The notes: generated from the letters alone by a model not told the origin. Shown: positions 10,666 through 20,879, counted from the first letter of the stretch. The stretch: DNA of 64,000 nt from an uncultured Acidobacteriota bacterium (GCA_963805975.1 CAWDVR010000001.1:32001-96000); one strand, 5' to 3'. Translations and numbers: made by a program.

Positions 10666-11349
10666 CTAGAAAGCCTTCACGGGATCGAAAGTATCGGTCT
10701 TGTCGAGGCGTCCGTCGCGAAAGCGGAGAACCTTGCCGGCCTCGAAGTACCACCAGGCGACCTCGTAGTGGCCGGGAAGCTCGACGCGCTCCACCTTGTC
10801 GGGCTCGCCCATCTGTTGGTGCGCGGAACGCTCGTCCTCGGTGCGAATGGTCGCGAGGAAGGCGCGCAGATTGTTCACGTAGGCGTGATCGTCCACCACC
10901 ACGGCGGAGACCACCGGCGTGCCGCGCTTGATCTTCTGGCTGATGTCGATGCGTTCGAGCACCTTCAGCCGCTCGCCGTCCGGGCGGCGGATCGGCACCC
11001 CCACCAGCAGCTCGAAGTTGTTGTAGAAGCGGTTCCACGGCCACTCGAGCGTGTACTCGCCGCGCTCGTTGGTGACGCCCAGCAGGCGGGTGGTGTCCTT
11101 CTTGGTCTTGCCGAGCTGGCGGAAGCTGAAGCCGCCGCGGGACGCCTCGACCACGACGTGCAGATTGGCCATCGGATGGCCGGCCGGGTCGGTGACCAGG
11201 CCGGTGAGCTGGATGCGCTGGCCCTCGTCGTAGCCGGCCTCGGCCGGCCCGGCAAAGAATGCCAGGCCCACGACGAGGAGCGCCAGGAGACGGCGGACAG
11301 GGGCCGGCAAGGGCGGGCTCGGATCGGTGTCTGAAGAGTTGGTCGGCAT
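10666..11349 (-). CDS. Secreted hypothetical protein with carboxypeptidase-regulatory-like domain
   Basis: Signal peptide; LTGLVTDPAGHPMANLHV...TNERGEY pattern. Confidence 0.65.
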   Translation of the reverse strand: MPTNSSDTDPSPPLPAPVRRLLALLVVGLAFFAGPAEAGYDEGQRIQLTGLVTDPAGHPMANLHVVVEASRGGFSFRQLGKTKKDTTRLLGVTNERGEYTLEWPWNRFYNNFELLVGVPIRRPDGERLKVLERIDISQKIKRGTPVVSAVVVDDHAYVNNLRAFLATIRTEDERSAHQQMGEPDKVERVELPGHYEVAWWYFEAGKVLRFRDGRLDKTDTFDPVKAF

Positions 11350-11379
11350 GCGGGCTCCGAAGGCGAAGCCATTATACCT

Positions 11380-12057
11380 TCAGGGCTTATCGCTCTCCTG
11401 CCAGTCGATCCCCGGCGGTGGGGCAAAGAGGTCGGTCTCGGTCAGCGGGCTGTAGGTCTGGAGGACGAAACGGGTGAGGTTTCCCTCGCCGTCCGTGTAC
11501 TCCAGGCCGGTGACCACCCCCGCCCCCGGGTCGAGCGTCAGGATGGCCTCCTTCACCTCCTCCATGGGCTGGAGAGGCACCAGGTGGATGCGGAGCTGGC
11601 CGCCCGCGGCCTCCTCGGCCGTGGCGCGGTAGCGGCCCTTCAGATTCTCGGTGCCGAGGAGCAGCAGATCGAGGCCCGGCTCGTTCCGGCTGTCGATGAG
11701 CTGGCGGTGGCCGGTCTTGTCCTCGCTGTTCCAGTAGTGGGCCACCGTGCCGCAGACCAGGAAGCTCTTGGGATAGGGCTCGCCGTAGTCCCAGCGCAGG
11801 CAGTCCGGGAGCGACAGGGCCAGGCGGCCGCTCTCCCGCTCGCCCTGGGTGAAGCCGGCGGGAACGTAGAGGTGCTCGAACTGGGCCACGCGCGGCCCCG
11901 AGGCCGCCAGGCGCCCGCGGACCTTCTCGAGCGCGGCCCAGGGATCGGCCCCGGCGGGGCTCGCCGCGCGAGACACGGCGGCAGTCAGGACCAGGCAGGA
12001 GAGAGCGAGGACGGCGGCGAGGCGTGGGGCAGAGAATCGAAATCGGGGTCGTTTCAC
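11380..12057 (-). CDS. lolA: Outer-membrane lipoprotein carrier LolA-like
   Basis: Signal peptide; ESGRLALSLPDCLRWDYGEPYPK; GNLTRFVL; LFAPPPG. Confidence 0.8.
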   Translation of the reverse strand: MKRPRFRFSAPRLAAVLALSCLVLTAAVSRAASPAGADPWAALEKVRGRLAASGPRVAQFEHLYVPAGFTQGERESGRLALSLPDCLRWDYGEPYPKSFLVCGTVAHYWNSEDKTGHRQLIDSRNEPGLDLLLLGTENLKGRYRATAEEAAGGQLRIHLVPLQPMEEVKEAILTLDPGAGVVTGLEYTDGEGNLTRFVLQTYSPLTETDLFAPPPGIDWQESDKP

Positions 12058-12100
12058 GGTTGGATCTCCAGGCGAGGGGTGCCCCGTCCATGTCGCCGCG

Positions 12101-13654
12101 TTAGTGACGGAAGTGCCGCTGTCCGGTGAAGAGCATGGCGATGCCGTGCCCGTTGGCGGCGGTGATCAGCTCGTCGTCCCGCTTGCTTCCTCCCGGTTGG
12201 ACCACCGCCCTGATGCCGGCCTCGGCCAGCGCGTCGAGACCGTCGCGGAAGGGGAAGAACGCGTCCGAGGCGGCGACCGCCCCGGCCACTGAGGATCTGG
12301 CTTTGCGCACTGCCAGGTGGCAGGAGTCGACCCGGCTCATCTGGCCGGCGCCGATGCCGAGGGTCGCGTCGCCGCGGGCGAGGACGATGGCGTTCGACTT
12401 GACGTAGCGGGCCACCTTCCACGCCAGCTCCAGGGCACGCCGCTCCTCGGCGGTAGGCGAGCGCTCGGTGACCGAGGTCCATCGCGTCGCGTCCTCGGCG
12501 TAGCCGTCCGGCGCCTGGGCCAGGAACCCGCCGTCGATACCCCGCAGCTCGATCTCGTCCGCCCCCGGCCGGTAGGGAGGGCAGGCGAGGAGCCGCAGGT
12601 TGGCCTTCCTTCCGAAGCGCTCCCGCGCTCCGGGCTCGAAGTCGGGGGCCACGATCACCTCGACGAAGAGGTCGGCCATCGCCTCGGCGAGCTCTGCCGT
12701 GGCCGGCCGGTTGAGCGCCACGATCGACCCGAAGGCCGACACCGGGTCGCAGTCGAAAGCCAGCCGGTAGGCGGCGACGAGATCGGCGCCACGGCCCACG
12801 CCGCAGGGGTTGTTGTGCTTGATGATGGCGACCGCGGGCTCGTCGAGGAGCGCCGCCAGCTTGCGGGCGGCGTCCGCGTCGAGGAGGTTGTTGTAGGAGA
12901 GCTCTTTGCCCTGGAGCTGCCTCAGGCCGCCCAGCGCCCCCTTCCCTCCGGTGATCCCGTAGACGGCGGCGTCCTGGTGAGGGTTCTCGCCGTAGCGCGG
13001 CAGCAGCACGCGCTCGAGCGGCAGCGCCAGGCGCTCCGGAAAGCGCTCCCGGGATGGGCGGGCCTGGGCCTCGATCCAGGCCGTGATCGCCGCATCGTAG
13101 TCGCGCGTGTGGGAGAAGGCCTTCGCGGCCAGGGCCCGGCGGAGCACCTCCGGCACCGGGCCGCCGCCCTCGGCCCGGAGATGCCCGAGCACGGCCTCGT
13201 AGTCCTCCGGGTCCACCACCACCACCACTCCGCGATGGTTCTTGGCCGCGGCGCGTACCATGGCCGGGCCGCCGACGTCGATCATCTCGACGACCTCGTC
13301 GAACGACGCGCCGTCCCGGGACGCCGTCTCGCGGAAGGGATAGAGGTTCACCGCCACCAGGTCGATCGGCGCGATGCCGTGCGCCTCGAGCTCCGCAAGA
13401 TGAGCGGGAACGGCGCGGTCCGCCAGGATCCCACCGTGGATGCGCGGATGGAGCGTCTTGACCCGGCCGTCCAGGATCTCGGGAAAGCCGGTGATCTCCG
13501 AGACCTTGGTGACGGCAACCCCGGCCTCCACCAGGTGGTTGTAGGTGCCTCCGGTCGACAGCACTTCGATCCCGAGGTCGACCAGGCCACGGGCAAAGGA
13601 GGCGAGGTCGCGTTTGTCGGAGACGGAGAGCAGAGCACGGCGGACTGGCATCAT
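12101..13654 (-). CDS. purH: Bifunctional AICAR transformylase/IMP cyclohydrolase
   Basis: [43 protein letters not shown]. Confidence 0.98.
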   Translation of the reverse strand: MMPVRRALLSVSDKRDLASFARGLVDLGIEVLSTGGTYNHLVEAGVAVTKVSEITGFPEILDGRVKTLHPRIHGGILADRAVPAHLAELEAHGIAPIDLVAVNLYPFRETASRDGASFDEVVEMIDVGGPAMVRAAAKNHRGVVVVVDPEDYEAVLGHLRAEGGGPVPEVLRRALAAKAFSHTRDYDAAITAWIEAQARPSRERFPERLALPLERVLLPRYGENPHQDAAVYGITGGKGALGGLRQLQGKELSYNNLLDADAARKLAALLDEPAVAIIKHNNPCGVGRGADLVAAYRLAFDCDPVSAFGSIVALNRPATAELAEAMADLFVEVIVAPDFEPGARERFGRKANLRLLACPPYRPGADEIELRGIDGGFLAQAPDGYAEDATRWTSVTERSPTAEERRALELAWKVARYVKSNAIVLARGDATLGIGAGQMSRVDSCHLAVRKARSSVAGAVAASDAFFPFRDGLDALAEAGIRAVVQPGGSKRDDELITAANGHGIAMLFTGQRHFRH

Positions 13655-13689
13655 GAGCGGCAGTTTTCCTGAGCAGAGGAGGAAAGACG

Positions 13690-14487
13690 TTAGCGGCTGG
13701 GTGTGGCGCGCGGCAGGACGACCAGATGCTGGCCGGCCAGGGGTAGGCCTCGGCGCGGGTCCGCCCCGCCTGCCCGCAGCCAGATGTAGCGGAACACCTG
13801 CGCCACGTCCGTCACCGCGTGGCTGAAGGCGAGAGAGGACACGCCGAAGGCCGTGGAGCGGTCGTCGAAGACCCGTTTTCCGGCCGCGAAGTCGACCCGC
13901 CGGTACTCGCGGCCGATCATCGGGTAGTACCCGCGGCTGCGGGCGAGAGTGCGGCGCACCACGGGCGAAACGTCCGCCGCCCGGTCGAGGCCCGGTTCCA
14001 GGCCGAAAAAGGTCAGCGGAAAGCGGGGCAGAGCGGAATCGACGTACTGGAGGTAGTCGCGAAAGTAGCGCCCTTCCTGGCTGTCCCCGGTCGAGGTGTT
14101 GAGCGGGTTGTTGGCATCGGCGACGTAGTGCGACACCACGCCGAGCCGCTGCACGATCTCCGCGAACGGTTGGTGCCCGCGGATCGCCACGATCACCGCT
14201 TCGACGTGCGAGGTGATCGTGCGGCCGAGCGTGCCGCTGCCGTCACCGTTCTCCATGTGCGCCTCGCCGTCGGTATCCGAGAACGGCGCGACCACTCCCG
14301 CCCTGAGCTGCCGCTTGTGACGGAAGATCTGTCGGGCCAGATCCTTCGGCGCCAGAGCGGCCGCCTCCTCGGCGATCACCGTCTGGGTCGAGGGCGACCA
14401 GCCTCCCGCCGGAGCGGCGGCCAGCGTAAGGAGGAAGAGGAACGACCTCAGCAGCCAGATTCGTGAGCGCTGGGAAGGTCTCTCCAT
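13690..14487 (-). CDS. Secreted protein, zinc phospholipase C / S1-P1 nuclease-like fold
   Basis: Signal peptide followed by W; LGVVSHYVADANNPL motif; TAGAAT 7 nt before ATG. Confidence 0.55.
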   Translation of the reverse strand: MERPSQRSRIWLLRSFLFLLTLAAAPAGGWSPSTQTVIAEEAAALAPKDLARQIFRHKRQLRAGVVAPFSDTDGEAHMENGDGSGTLGRTITSHVEAVIVAIRGHQPFAEIVQRLGVVSHYVADANNPLNTSTGDSQEGRYFRDYLQYVDSALPRFPLTFFGLEPGLDRAADVSPVVRRTLARSRGYYPMIGREYRRVDFAAGKRVFDDRSTAFGVSSLAFSHAVTDVAQVFRYIWLRAGGADPRRGLPLAGQHLVVLPRATPSR

Positions 14488-14555
14488 CCGGCGTATTCTA
14501 CAGGTCGCCGCTCGACCGAACGTTTCGCACGGCCGACGCTTCCGCCGGAGGCCCG

Positions 14556-14828
14556 ATGAGCAGCCCCAGAAAGCTCGACACGCTCGGCCAGGTCTGCCCG
14601 CTTCCGATCCTCCTCACTGCGAAAGCCCTGAAGGAGCTGCAGGTGGGGGACCTGCTCGAAGTGGTGGGCGACGACCCGGCGATCGCCGACGACATGCCGA
14701 TCTTCTGCTTCCGCGCCGGACACCGCCTGCTGAAGCTCGACGAAGAGGAGACCGGGCTCGTCCGCTGCACGATCGAGAAAGGAAGGACTGAACGCCCACC
14801 GATCGCCGGCAGCGTGCCGCAGCCTTGA
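14556..14828 (+). CDS. tusA: Sulfurtransferase TusA family
   Basis: LDTLGQVCPLPIL...DDPAIADD; GGAGG RBS. Confidence 0.9.
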   Translation: MSSPRKLDTLGQVCPLPILLTAKALKELQVGDLLEVVGDDPAIADDMPIFCFRAGHRLLKLDEEETGLVRCTIEKGRTERPPIAGSVPQP

Positions 14829-14893
14829 CGGCCGCCCATCCCGCTGCCAGAATCCGCCCTTCGGCGCCAGCCGCCGCGCATCCGCATCACCTT

Positions 14894-14969
14894 GCCCAGG
14901 TAGCTCAGTTGGTAGAGCACGTGACTGAAAATCACGGTGTCGCTGGTTCGATTCCGGCCCTGGGCACCA
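14894..14969 (+). tRNA. tRNA-Phe (GAA)
   Basis: 76 nt cloverleaf: GCCCAGG/CCTGGGC acceptor, AGCTCAGTTGGTAGAGC D arm, CGTGA-CTGAAAA-TCACG anticodon arm, GGTTCGATTCC T loop, CCA end. Confidence 0.98.
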
Positions 14970-15122
14970 TCTAAACACAAGAAAAATAAGATAGTTAGGG
15001 CGGCGAGGCGAAACGCCTTGCACGCTCAGTTGTCGCTCTGGGTTCCGTTTGGGTCCCAGCTCAACAGCAGTGGCGCCAACCTCGGGTGGGCGAGGAGCAG
15101 CTGACCGCGATGACGGCTGGCC

Positions 15123-15788
15123 TCAACCGGGCCCTTCCTCCTGCGCTTCATCGCTCACCGAGGTCACCGTCTTGCTGTCCTCGATGGTCACGCGAGTTCC
15201 GTAGAGCTGGGCCACGGGAGTACCGACCGCGTCGCCCTCACCGTCCTGGAGAAAGAAGTCGATGCTTCCCGTCGTCGCCTTATAGACCGAGCCGACCTCG
15301 GGCCAGGCGTTGATGTCGGCCTCGAGGACGATGGGATCACGATTGACCAGGGTCATGCCCATCGCGGAGATCTGGAGAAAGAGCCGGACCCGGCTGTGGA
15401 CTGGAAAAACGGCGTCGTCCGTCGTCGTGACATGGAGGCCATGAATGGGCAGGGCCGGGTTCTTCGAGATCACGACCGTGCCGATGGTGGGGTCGTTGAA
15501 GGTGCCCTGCAGAAACGCGAAGGAGTTGGTGAACTCCCATCGGTCGAGCGAGCCGTTGAAGACGGCGCTCTCCGCCTGGCACTGGGCGTGCGCCTTGACG
15601 CGGTCGGACAGGGGAATCGGAGTCCCGACGCCGGACAGCACCAGGTTGGTCTCCACCGTCGCGTCGATCTCGGTCGCCGTGCCACCCGCAGGGAGCGGAT
15701 CGTTGACCGCCGCCCCGCCCGGGAGCGTCATGGCGAGCAGGAAGGCCGTCGAGCCGAAACCCCCCAACTTCCGTAGGACTCTGTTCAT
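15123..15788 (-). CDS. Secreted hypothetical beta-rich protein
   Basis: GAGGAGG RBS; signal peptide MNRVLRKLGGFGSTAFLLAMTLPGGAA; natural protein composition. Confidence 0.7.
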   Translation of the reverse strand: MNRVLRKLGGFGSTAFLLAMTLPGGAAVNDPLPAGGTATEIDATVETNLVLSGVGTPIPLSDRVKAHAQCQAESAVFNGSLDRWEFTNSFAFLQGTFNDPTIGTVVISKNPALPIHGLHVTTTDDAVFPVHSRVRLFLQISAMGMTLVNRDPIVLEADINAWPEVGSVYKATTGSIDFFLQDGEGDAVGTPVAQLYGTRVTIEDSKTVTSVSDEAQEEGPG

Positions 15789-16003
15789 GCGCGGATCCTC
15801 CTCATCGCGACGCTGGAGGCAGACCAGCGACGTGCAACCAAGCTGACCTTGTCTTGATGTACTTGAATGCTCTCGATCGACCGATTCGGGACACCGCCGG
15901 GAGTCTCGAAGCATCCGCTTCGCCTGCCGCTCTCTCCGTGCTCTGCCAGGCAACGTCGTCTATCCTGTTCTCGGCCCCCGCGCACCGTCCAGGAGGACAT
16001 TCC

Positions 16004-18754
16004 ATGCAGACCGCCCTCTGGCTACTCGTCGCCCTGCTGCTCGCCCTCCCCTTGCGCGCCACGATCGCGCCGGAGCCGATCCCTCCGGACCTGGCCGACT
16101 TGACGCAACAGATCGAACGCTTCCCCCAGGACACGGCCGGGACCGAGAGCGAGCGCCTGGCCAAGTTCTTCGACCTCTACTGGGCGGCGAGCATGCGCGA
16201 GGCCCCCGCCTTCGCGGCGTACATCGGCTACCGGGGCGTCGACGACCGCTTGCCGGACCTCTCGCCGGAGACGCACGCGCACTCCCGCCGCCTCCTGCAC
16301 CTCGAGCTCGCGGCCCTCGCCTCGATCGACCGCTCGCGGCTCACGCCCGCCGAGCAGCAGAGCTACGACCTCTTGCTCCGGAGCTTCGAGGAGGCAATCG
16401 AGGGCGAGCGGTTTCCCGGTGAATACCTCCTGGTCGACCGCATGGGCAACCGCCTGACCCAGGCGCTCGGTCTTCTCTACTACATGCCCACCGGCACGGT
16501 AGGGGACTACGAGAACATGCTCACCCGGCTGCGCGGCTTTCCCCGGCTGGTGGAGCAAGGCATCGCCCTGCTCGAGGAGGGCGTGAAGCGCGGCGTCACC
16601 CCGCCCAGGGTGACCCTCGACGGGGTCGCCGCCCAGGTGCTCGCGCCGCTGGCCAACGACCCCCTGGAGAGCCCGACGCTGGAGCCGTTCCAGCGCATGC
16701 CCGACACCATTCCGGCGGCCGAGCGGGAGCGCCTGCGCGGCGCCGCGGCGGAGGTCTTCCGGCAGCAGGTGGCGCCGGCCCTCTCCCGCCTCCACGACTA
16801 CCTCGCGGACAGCTACGTGCCCCGGGCAAGGGAGTCGATCTCGGTCGCCGCGCTGCCGGACGGGGAGGCCTACTACGCCTACCTGCTGCGCGCCTACACG
16901 ACGACCGACCTCAGCCCCGACCAGATCCACCAGCTCGGCCTCTCCGAGGTGGCGCGGATCCGCAAGGAGATGGACGAGGTGGTCGCGGCCACCGGCTTCC
17001 AGGGGACCTTTCAGGAGTTCTTGGAGCACCTGCGCACCGATCCGCGGTTCTTCTACGACCGGCCCGAGGACCTGGTCGCCGGCTACCGCGACATCGTCAA
17101 GCGCATCGATCCGGAGCTGCCCAGGCTGTTCGGCCGCCTGCCGCGCCTGCCCTACGGCGTCAAGCCGATGGGTGACGACGACGCGAAGTTGGCGCCCTCG
17201 GCCCTCTACGAGAACGGCTCGCTCGCCGCGGGGCGTCCGGGCTGGATGCGGGTCAACACGTTCGACCTCCGGGCGCGGCCCAAGTGGGCGATGGAGAGCC
17301 TGGCGGCCCACGAAGCGGTGCCGGGGCACCACCTCCAGTACGCTCTCGTCGAGGAGCTCGGCGCGCTGCCCGAGTGGCGGCGCTGGGACATCTACCCGGT
17401 GTTCTCGGAAGGGTGGGGGCTCTATGCCGAGAGCCTCGGCGGCGAGCTCGGGCTCTACCGCGACCCCTACTCGAAGTTCGGCCAGCTCAACGCCGAGATG
17501 TGGCGGGCCATCCGGCTCGTGGTGGACACCGGCCTGCATGCGAAGGGATGGACCCGCCAGCAGACGATCGACTACTGCCGCGCCAACTCGGCCAGGACCG
17601 ACCGCGAGATCGCCAACGAGGTCGACCGCTACATCGTGCAACCGGGAGGGGTGACCTGCTACAAGATCGGCGAGCTCAAGATCCGCGAGCTGCGCCGCTA
17701 CGCGGAAAAGGAGCTGGGAGCGACCTTCGACGTGCGCGCCTTCCACGACCGGGTCCTGGGCCACGGCCAGCTGCCGCTCGATCTCCTGCAGAAGAGCATC
17801 GAGGCGTGGGTGGCGGCGTCGCGACCGGAGCGAGGCCCAGTGGAAGGACGCCTGGCTGCCGGGGAGATCGCTCCCGGCGTCCACCTGCTGCCCGGCAGCT
17901 TCGTGGCCGGAAGCCAGCCGGACGGCAATACCGTCGTCTTCCGGGGCCCGGACGGGCTGGTGGTGGTGGACACCGGCCGCCACGCCGAGCACACCCAGGC
18001 CATCGTGGACTTCGCCAAGGCCGCGGGGGTGCCGGTCCGGACGATCGTCAACACCCATTGGCACCTGGACCACATCGGCGGCAACCCCCGCCTCCGGCGC
18101 GAGTTCCCCGGCTTGAAGGTCCATGCCAGCCAGGCGCTCGAAGGCGCCATGAAAGGCTTCCTCGCGAGCTACCGCACCTACCTCGAAGAGACGATCGCCA
18201 AGGCCCCGGACGCGGAGGCCGCCAAGCCGCTGCGTGCCGAGCTGGCGATCCTCGACGCCGGTTCGGCCCTCGCCCCGGACGAGGTCGTCACCACCTCGGG
18301 AGCGCGCACCCTCGCGGGCCGCAGGCTGGTCCTGGAGCTCGAGAGCCGCGCGGTGACGGAAGGCGACGTCTGGGTGCTCGATCCCGAGGCCCGCGTGCTG
18401 GCAGCGGGAGATCTGGTGACCTTGCCCGCGCCGTTCTTCGATACCGCGTGTCCGGCGCGGTGGAAGGCAGCTCTCGAGCACCTCTCGAAAGCCGACTTCG
18501 AGCTGCTCGTCCCGGGCCATGGCGAGCCCATGCGGCGCCAGGACTTCGACGCCTACCGCCAGGCCTTCGACGGCCTCCTCGCGTGCGCGGCCTCGCCCAA
18601 GGCCCAGGACGAGTGCGTGGCAGGCTGGCTGCGCGACGCCGGCACCCTCGTGCCGGAGAAGGATCAGCCCCTGGCGCGCTCGCTGGTCGAGTACTACCTG
18701 GAGAACCACCTGCGGGCCGACCCGGCCAAGGTCGCGAAGCTCTGCACAGGCTGA
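16004..18754 (+). CDS. Secreted DUF885 family protein fused to an MBL-fold metallo-hydrolase
   Basis: AGGAGG RBS, signal peptide; DUF885 HEAVPGHHLQ, EGWGLYAE, RLVVDTGLH; MBL NTHWHLDHIGGN, AGDLV, VPGHG. Confidence 0.88.
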   Translation: MQTALWLLVALLLALPLRATIAPEPIPPDLADLTQQIERFPQDTAGTESERLAKFFDLYWAASMREAPAFAAYIGYRGVDDRLPDLSPETHAHSRRLLHLELAALASIDRSRLTPAEQQSYDLLLRSFEEAIEGERFPGEYLLVDRMGNRLTQALGLLYYMPTGTVGDYENMLTRLRGFPRLVEQGIALLEEGVKRGVTPPRVTLDGVAAQVLAPLANDPLESPTLEPFQRMPDTIPAAERERLRGAAAEVFRQQVAPALSRLHDYLADSYVPRARESISVAALPDGEAYYAYLLRAYTTTDLSPDQIHQLGLSEVARIRKEMDEVVAATGFQGTFQEFLEHLRTDPRFFYDRPEDLVAGYRDIVKRIDPELPRLFGRLPRLPYGVKPMGDDDAKLAPSALYENGSLAAGRPGWMRVNTFDLRARPKWAMESLAAHEAVPGHHLQYALVEELGALPEWRRWDIYPVFSEGWGLYAESLGGELGLYRDPYSKFGQLNAEMWRAIRLVVDTGLHAKGWTRQQTIDYCRANSARTDREIANEVDRYIVQPGGVTCYKIGELKIRELRRYAEKELGATFDVRAFHDRVLGHGQLPLDLLQKSIEAWVAASRPERGPVEGRLAAGEIAPGVHLLPGSFVAGSQPDGNTVVFRGPDGLVVVDTGRHAEHTQAIVDFAKAAGVPVRTIVNTHWHLDHIGGNPRLRREFPGLKVHASQALEGAMKGFLASYRTYLEETIAKAPDAEAAKPLRAELAILDAGSALAPDEVVTTSGARTLAGRRLVLELESRAVTEGDVWVLDPEARVLAAGDLVTLPAPFFDTACPARWKAALEHLSKADFELLVPGHGEPMRRQDFDAYRQAFDGLLACAASPKAQDECVAGWLRDAGTLVPEKDQPLARSLVEYYLENHLRADPAKVAKLCTG

Positions 18755-18779
18755 CGGTACTCGGTGACTGTGCCTTCCC

Positions 18780-19775
18780 CTACCACTTCGTCCCGGCCAG
18801 GAGACCTTCGAGGTCGACGGTGACGATCGCGGGCTCCGCGCCGGGCTCGTAGACCAGGCTCGCGCCGGAGCCGCTGCCGCTGGCGAGCGGTGCTCCGGGC
18901 GGGCGCGGGCGGATGAAGGAGACTACGGCCCGGCGGTCGAGGGCCGACCTCTCCGGAAGCAGTCGCAGCTCGGCCGAGCGCGGGCGGCCCTCGTCGTCCA
19001 GCTTCACGCGCAGCCCGAAGGCGGCGCGCTCGAAGCCTCCTCCCAGGGCGCGCACGTCCAGGCGATAGGTTCGCGGTCGGCGGTCGCGAAAGAGGGTCAC
19101 AGCCGAGTCGGCGCAGAAGCGCTCGGCGGCCGGTTCGTCGCAGATCCGGGCCCGCACCAGGCGCGCCAGGATCACCAGCACGCGGTGGTCCTCGGGCCCG
19201 AGCCGGCAGTCGGCCGGGCGCACCAGCGCACCGAAGCCCCAGCTCAGGGCGCTCGCCGCGGCGAGGTCCGGCCGGCCCGCGACGTTGCCCAGCCGGAGCG
19301 AGACCGGTGCCTCGGCTCCGCTACCCTCGGGAGGGGAAGTGACCGTGACGAAGACCCGTCGCGGGTGCCCGGCCGGCACCAGGTCCGTGCTCATCGGGTC
19401 GCGATGCAGGGCGAGGAAGGGCAGCGGCGGGCGGGCAGGGTTGCGCTGCAAGCGCCGCGCGCCGATCTCGGCCGTGAAGCCGAGCTGGGTCTCGGGCTCC
19501 GCCAGGACACCGTTGGGCCTCCAGTCGCTGAGCAGCGCCAGGCCCTGGTAGGAGCCGCAGTCGTCCCCGAGGGTGTACGTGATCTGCGCCACTCTCTGCG
19601 TGCCTGGGGTCTCGATCCGTGTTCGTGCGGCGAGGCCGGCCAGGTGCTGCCCGTCGGCGCGGACCTCTTCCGAGGAGAGGGACACCGGCCCCCCGAGGTG
19701 GCCGGCCAGGAGCAGAAAGGCGACGCCGGTCGTGAGGCTGGCGAAGAGCGCGACGGTGGTGGTCTGGTTGCGCAT
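18780..19775 (-). CDS. Hypothetical exported protein
   Basis: N-terminal hydrophobic anchor; 9 nt downstream of opgC-like gene on the same strand. Confidence 0.6.
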   Translation of the reverse strand: MRNQTTTVALFASLTTGVAFLLLAGHLGGPVSLSSEEVRADGQHLAGLAARTRIETPGTQRVAQITYTLGDDCGSYQGLALLSDWRPNGVLAEPETQLGFTAEIGARRLQRNPARPPLPFLALHRDPMSTDLVPAGHPRRVFVTVTSPPEGSGAEAPVSLRLGNVAGRPDLAAASALSWGFGALVRPADCRLGPEDHRVLVILARLVRARICDEPAAERFCADSAVTLFRDRRPRTYRLDVRALGGGFERAAFGLRVKLDDEGRPRSAELRLLPERSALDRRAVVSFIRPRPPGAPLASGSGSGASLVYEPGAEPAIVTVDLEGLLAGTKW

Positions 19776-19784
19776 CCGACGGCC

Positions 19785-20879
19785 TCAGCGCGGGATCACG
19801 GTGACGAGCACTCGCTGGCGGACCATCAGCCAGTGCAGGGCCACCAGCGAGAGGTTCGCGGCCAGCAGCCGCCAGGGGTGGCCGAGGAGCTCGAAGGGGA
19901 GGTACGGCTCGACGATCAGCCGCAGGCCGTTGAGCAGGATGTGGACCAGGAAGATGTAGAGAGCACTCTGCCCGAACGGCAGCAGCAGCGGGCCGAGATA
20001 GCGGCAGAGCGGCTGCCACAGCCGGTCGGTGACCACGAAGAAGCAGGCGAAGGCCGCCGCCAGGTTGAGCAGGCGCCCGAGGCCCAGGTGCTCGCGGCCG
20101 AAGAGCTCCCAGATCACCCAGGGCCTGGCCTCGAAGAGGCCGAAGGCCAGCCCGCGCTCGAAGAGGACGAAGGCCGCGAAGAGCGCGCACGGCAGGCCAA
20201 GGCCCGCCCAGGCCGGCAGCGAGCGCCAGAAGCGGCCGATCCGCTGCCGGTGGTAGCCGGCGGCCATGCCGGAGAAGAAGAGGAGCTGCCAGGCGATGAT
20301 CTGGAACCCGGCGCCCTCGCCGGGCTCGAGGAAAGGCAGGTGGAGCCGCTGGTCGAAGAGGAGGTTGGCGCCGTGGAGCGAGGCGCAGCCGGCGAGGAGC
20401 CAGGCGGTGTGGCCGTGCTTCAGGCACCACAGGGCGACGGGGGCGAGCGCCAGGTAGAGACTGTAGCGTGGGAGCATCTGCAGGAAGTAGGGCTGGTTGA
20501 AGGAGAAGAGCCGCGGCCACTCGAAGCCCTGGTGCCAGAGGAACGAGGTCGGCAGCAGGCTTCGGACCTCGAAGGCGAAGAAGAGGAACACCAGGGCGAG
20601 GTTCGAGACGTAGAGGTGGAGGCCGCGCTGCAGGAGGCTGCGGCTGGTGGCGGCGAGGCCCTGCTCTTCCATCCGGCGCCCGTAGACGATAGCCGCCACC
20701 GCGCCCGAGATGAAGAAGAAGGCCTCGGCGGCCGAGACGTAGCCGAGCCAGTTCTGCACCGCGTGCAGCGGCGTGTGCCAGAGGTGGTTGAAGATCATCT
20801 TGAGCAGGCAGAGGCCGCGCAGGAAGTCGAGCCGCAGATCACGCGGGCCCGAGTCGGGGTCGTACCGCCAGCTCGCCAT
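19785..20879 (-). CDS. opgC: OpgC-domain membrane protein (acyltransferase-like)
   Basis: RDLRLDFLRGLCL, SAAEAFFFISG, AWQLLFF, GQSALYIFLVH. Confidence 0.85.
   Translation of the reverse strand: MASWRYDPDSGPRDLRLDFLRGLCLLKMIFNHLWHTPLHAVQNWLGYVSAAEAFFFISGAVAAIVYGRRMEEQGLAATSRSLLQRGLHLYVSNLALVFLFFAFEVRSLLPTSFLWHQGFEWPRLFSFNQPYFLQMLPRYSLYLALAPVALWCLKHGHTAWLLAGCASLHGANLLFDQRLHLPFLEPGEGAGFQIIAWQLLFFSGMAAGYHRQRIGRFWRSLPAWAGLGLPCALFAAFVLFERGLAFGLFEARPWVIWELFGREHLGLGRLLNLAAAFACFFVVTDRLWQPLCRYLGPLLLPFGQSALYIFLVHILLNGLRLIVEPYLPFELLGHPWRLLAANLSLVALHWLMVRQRVLVTVIPR

Noticed and set aside
14448-15023. Minus-strand ORFs spanning the tRNA
   Set aside because: Antisense translation of tRNA-Phe and tusA
16022-18709. 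Very long antisense and alternate-frame ORFs (also 4425-7166, 24164-26908, 52542-55211, 60540-63227)
   Set aside because: Shadow ORFs of high-GC coding sequence; Arg/Gly/Pro-rich or mirror composition, no motifs
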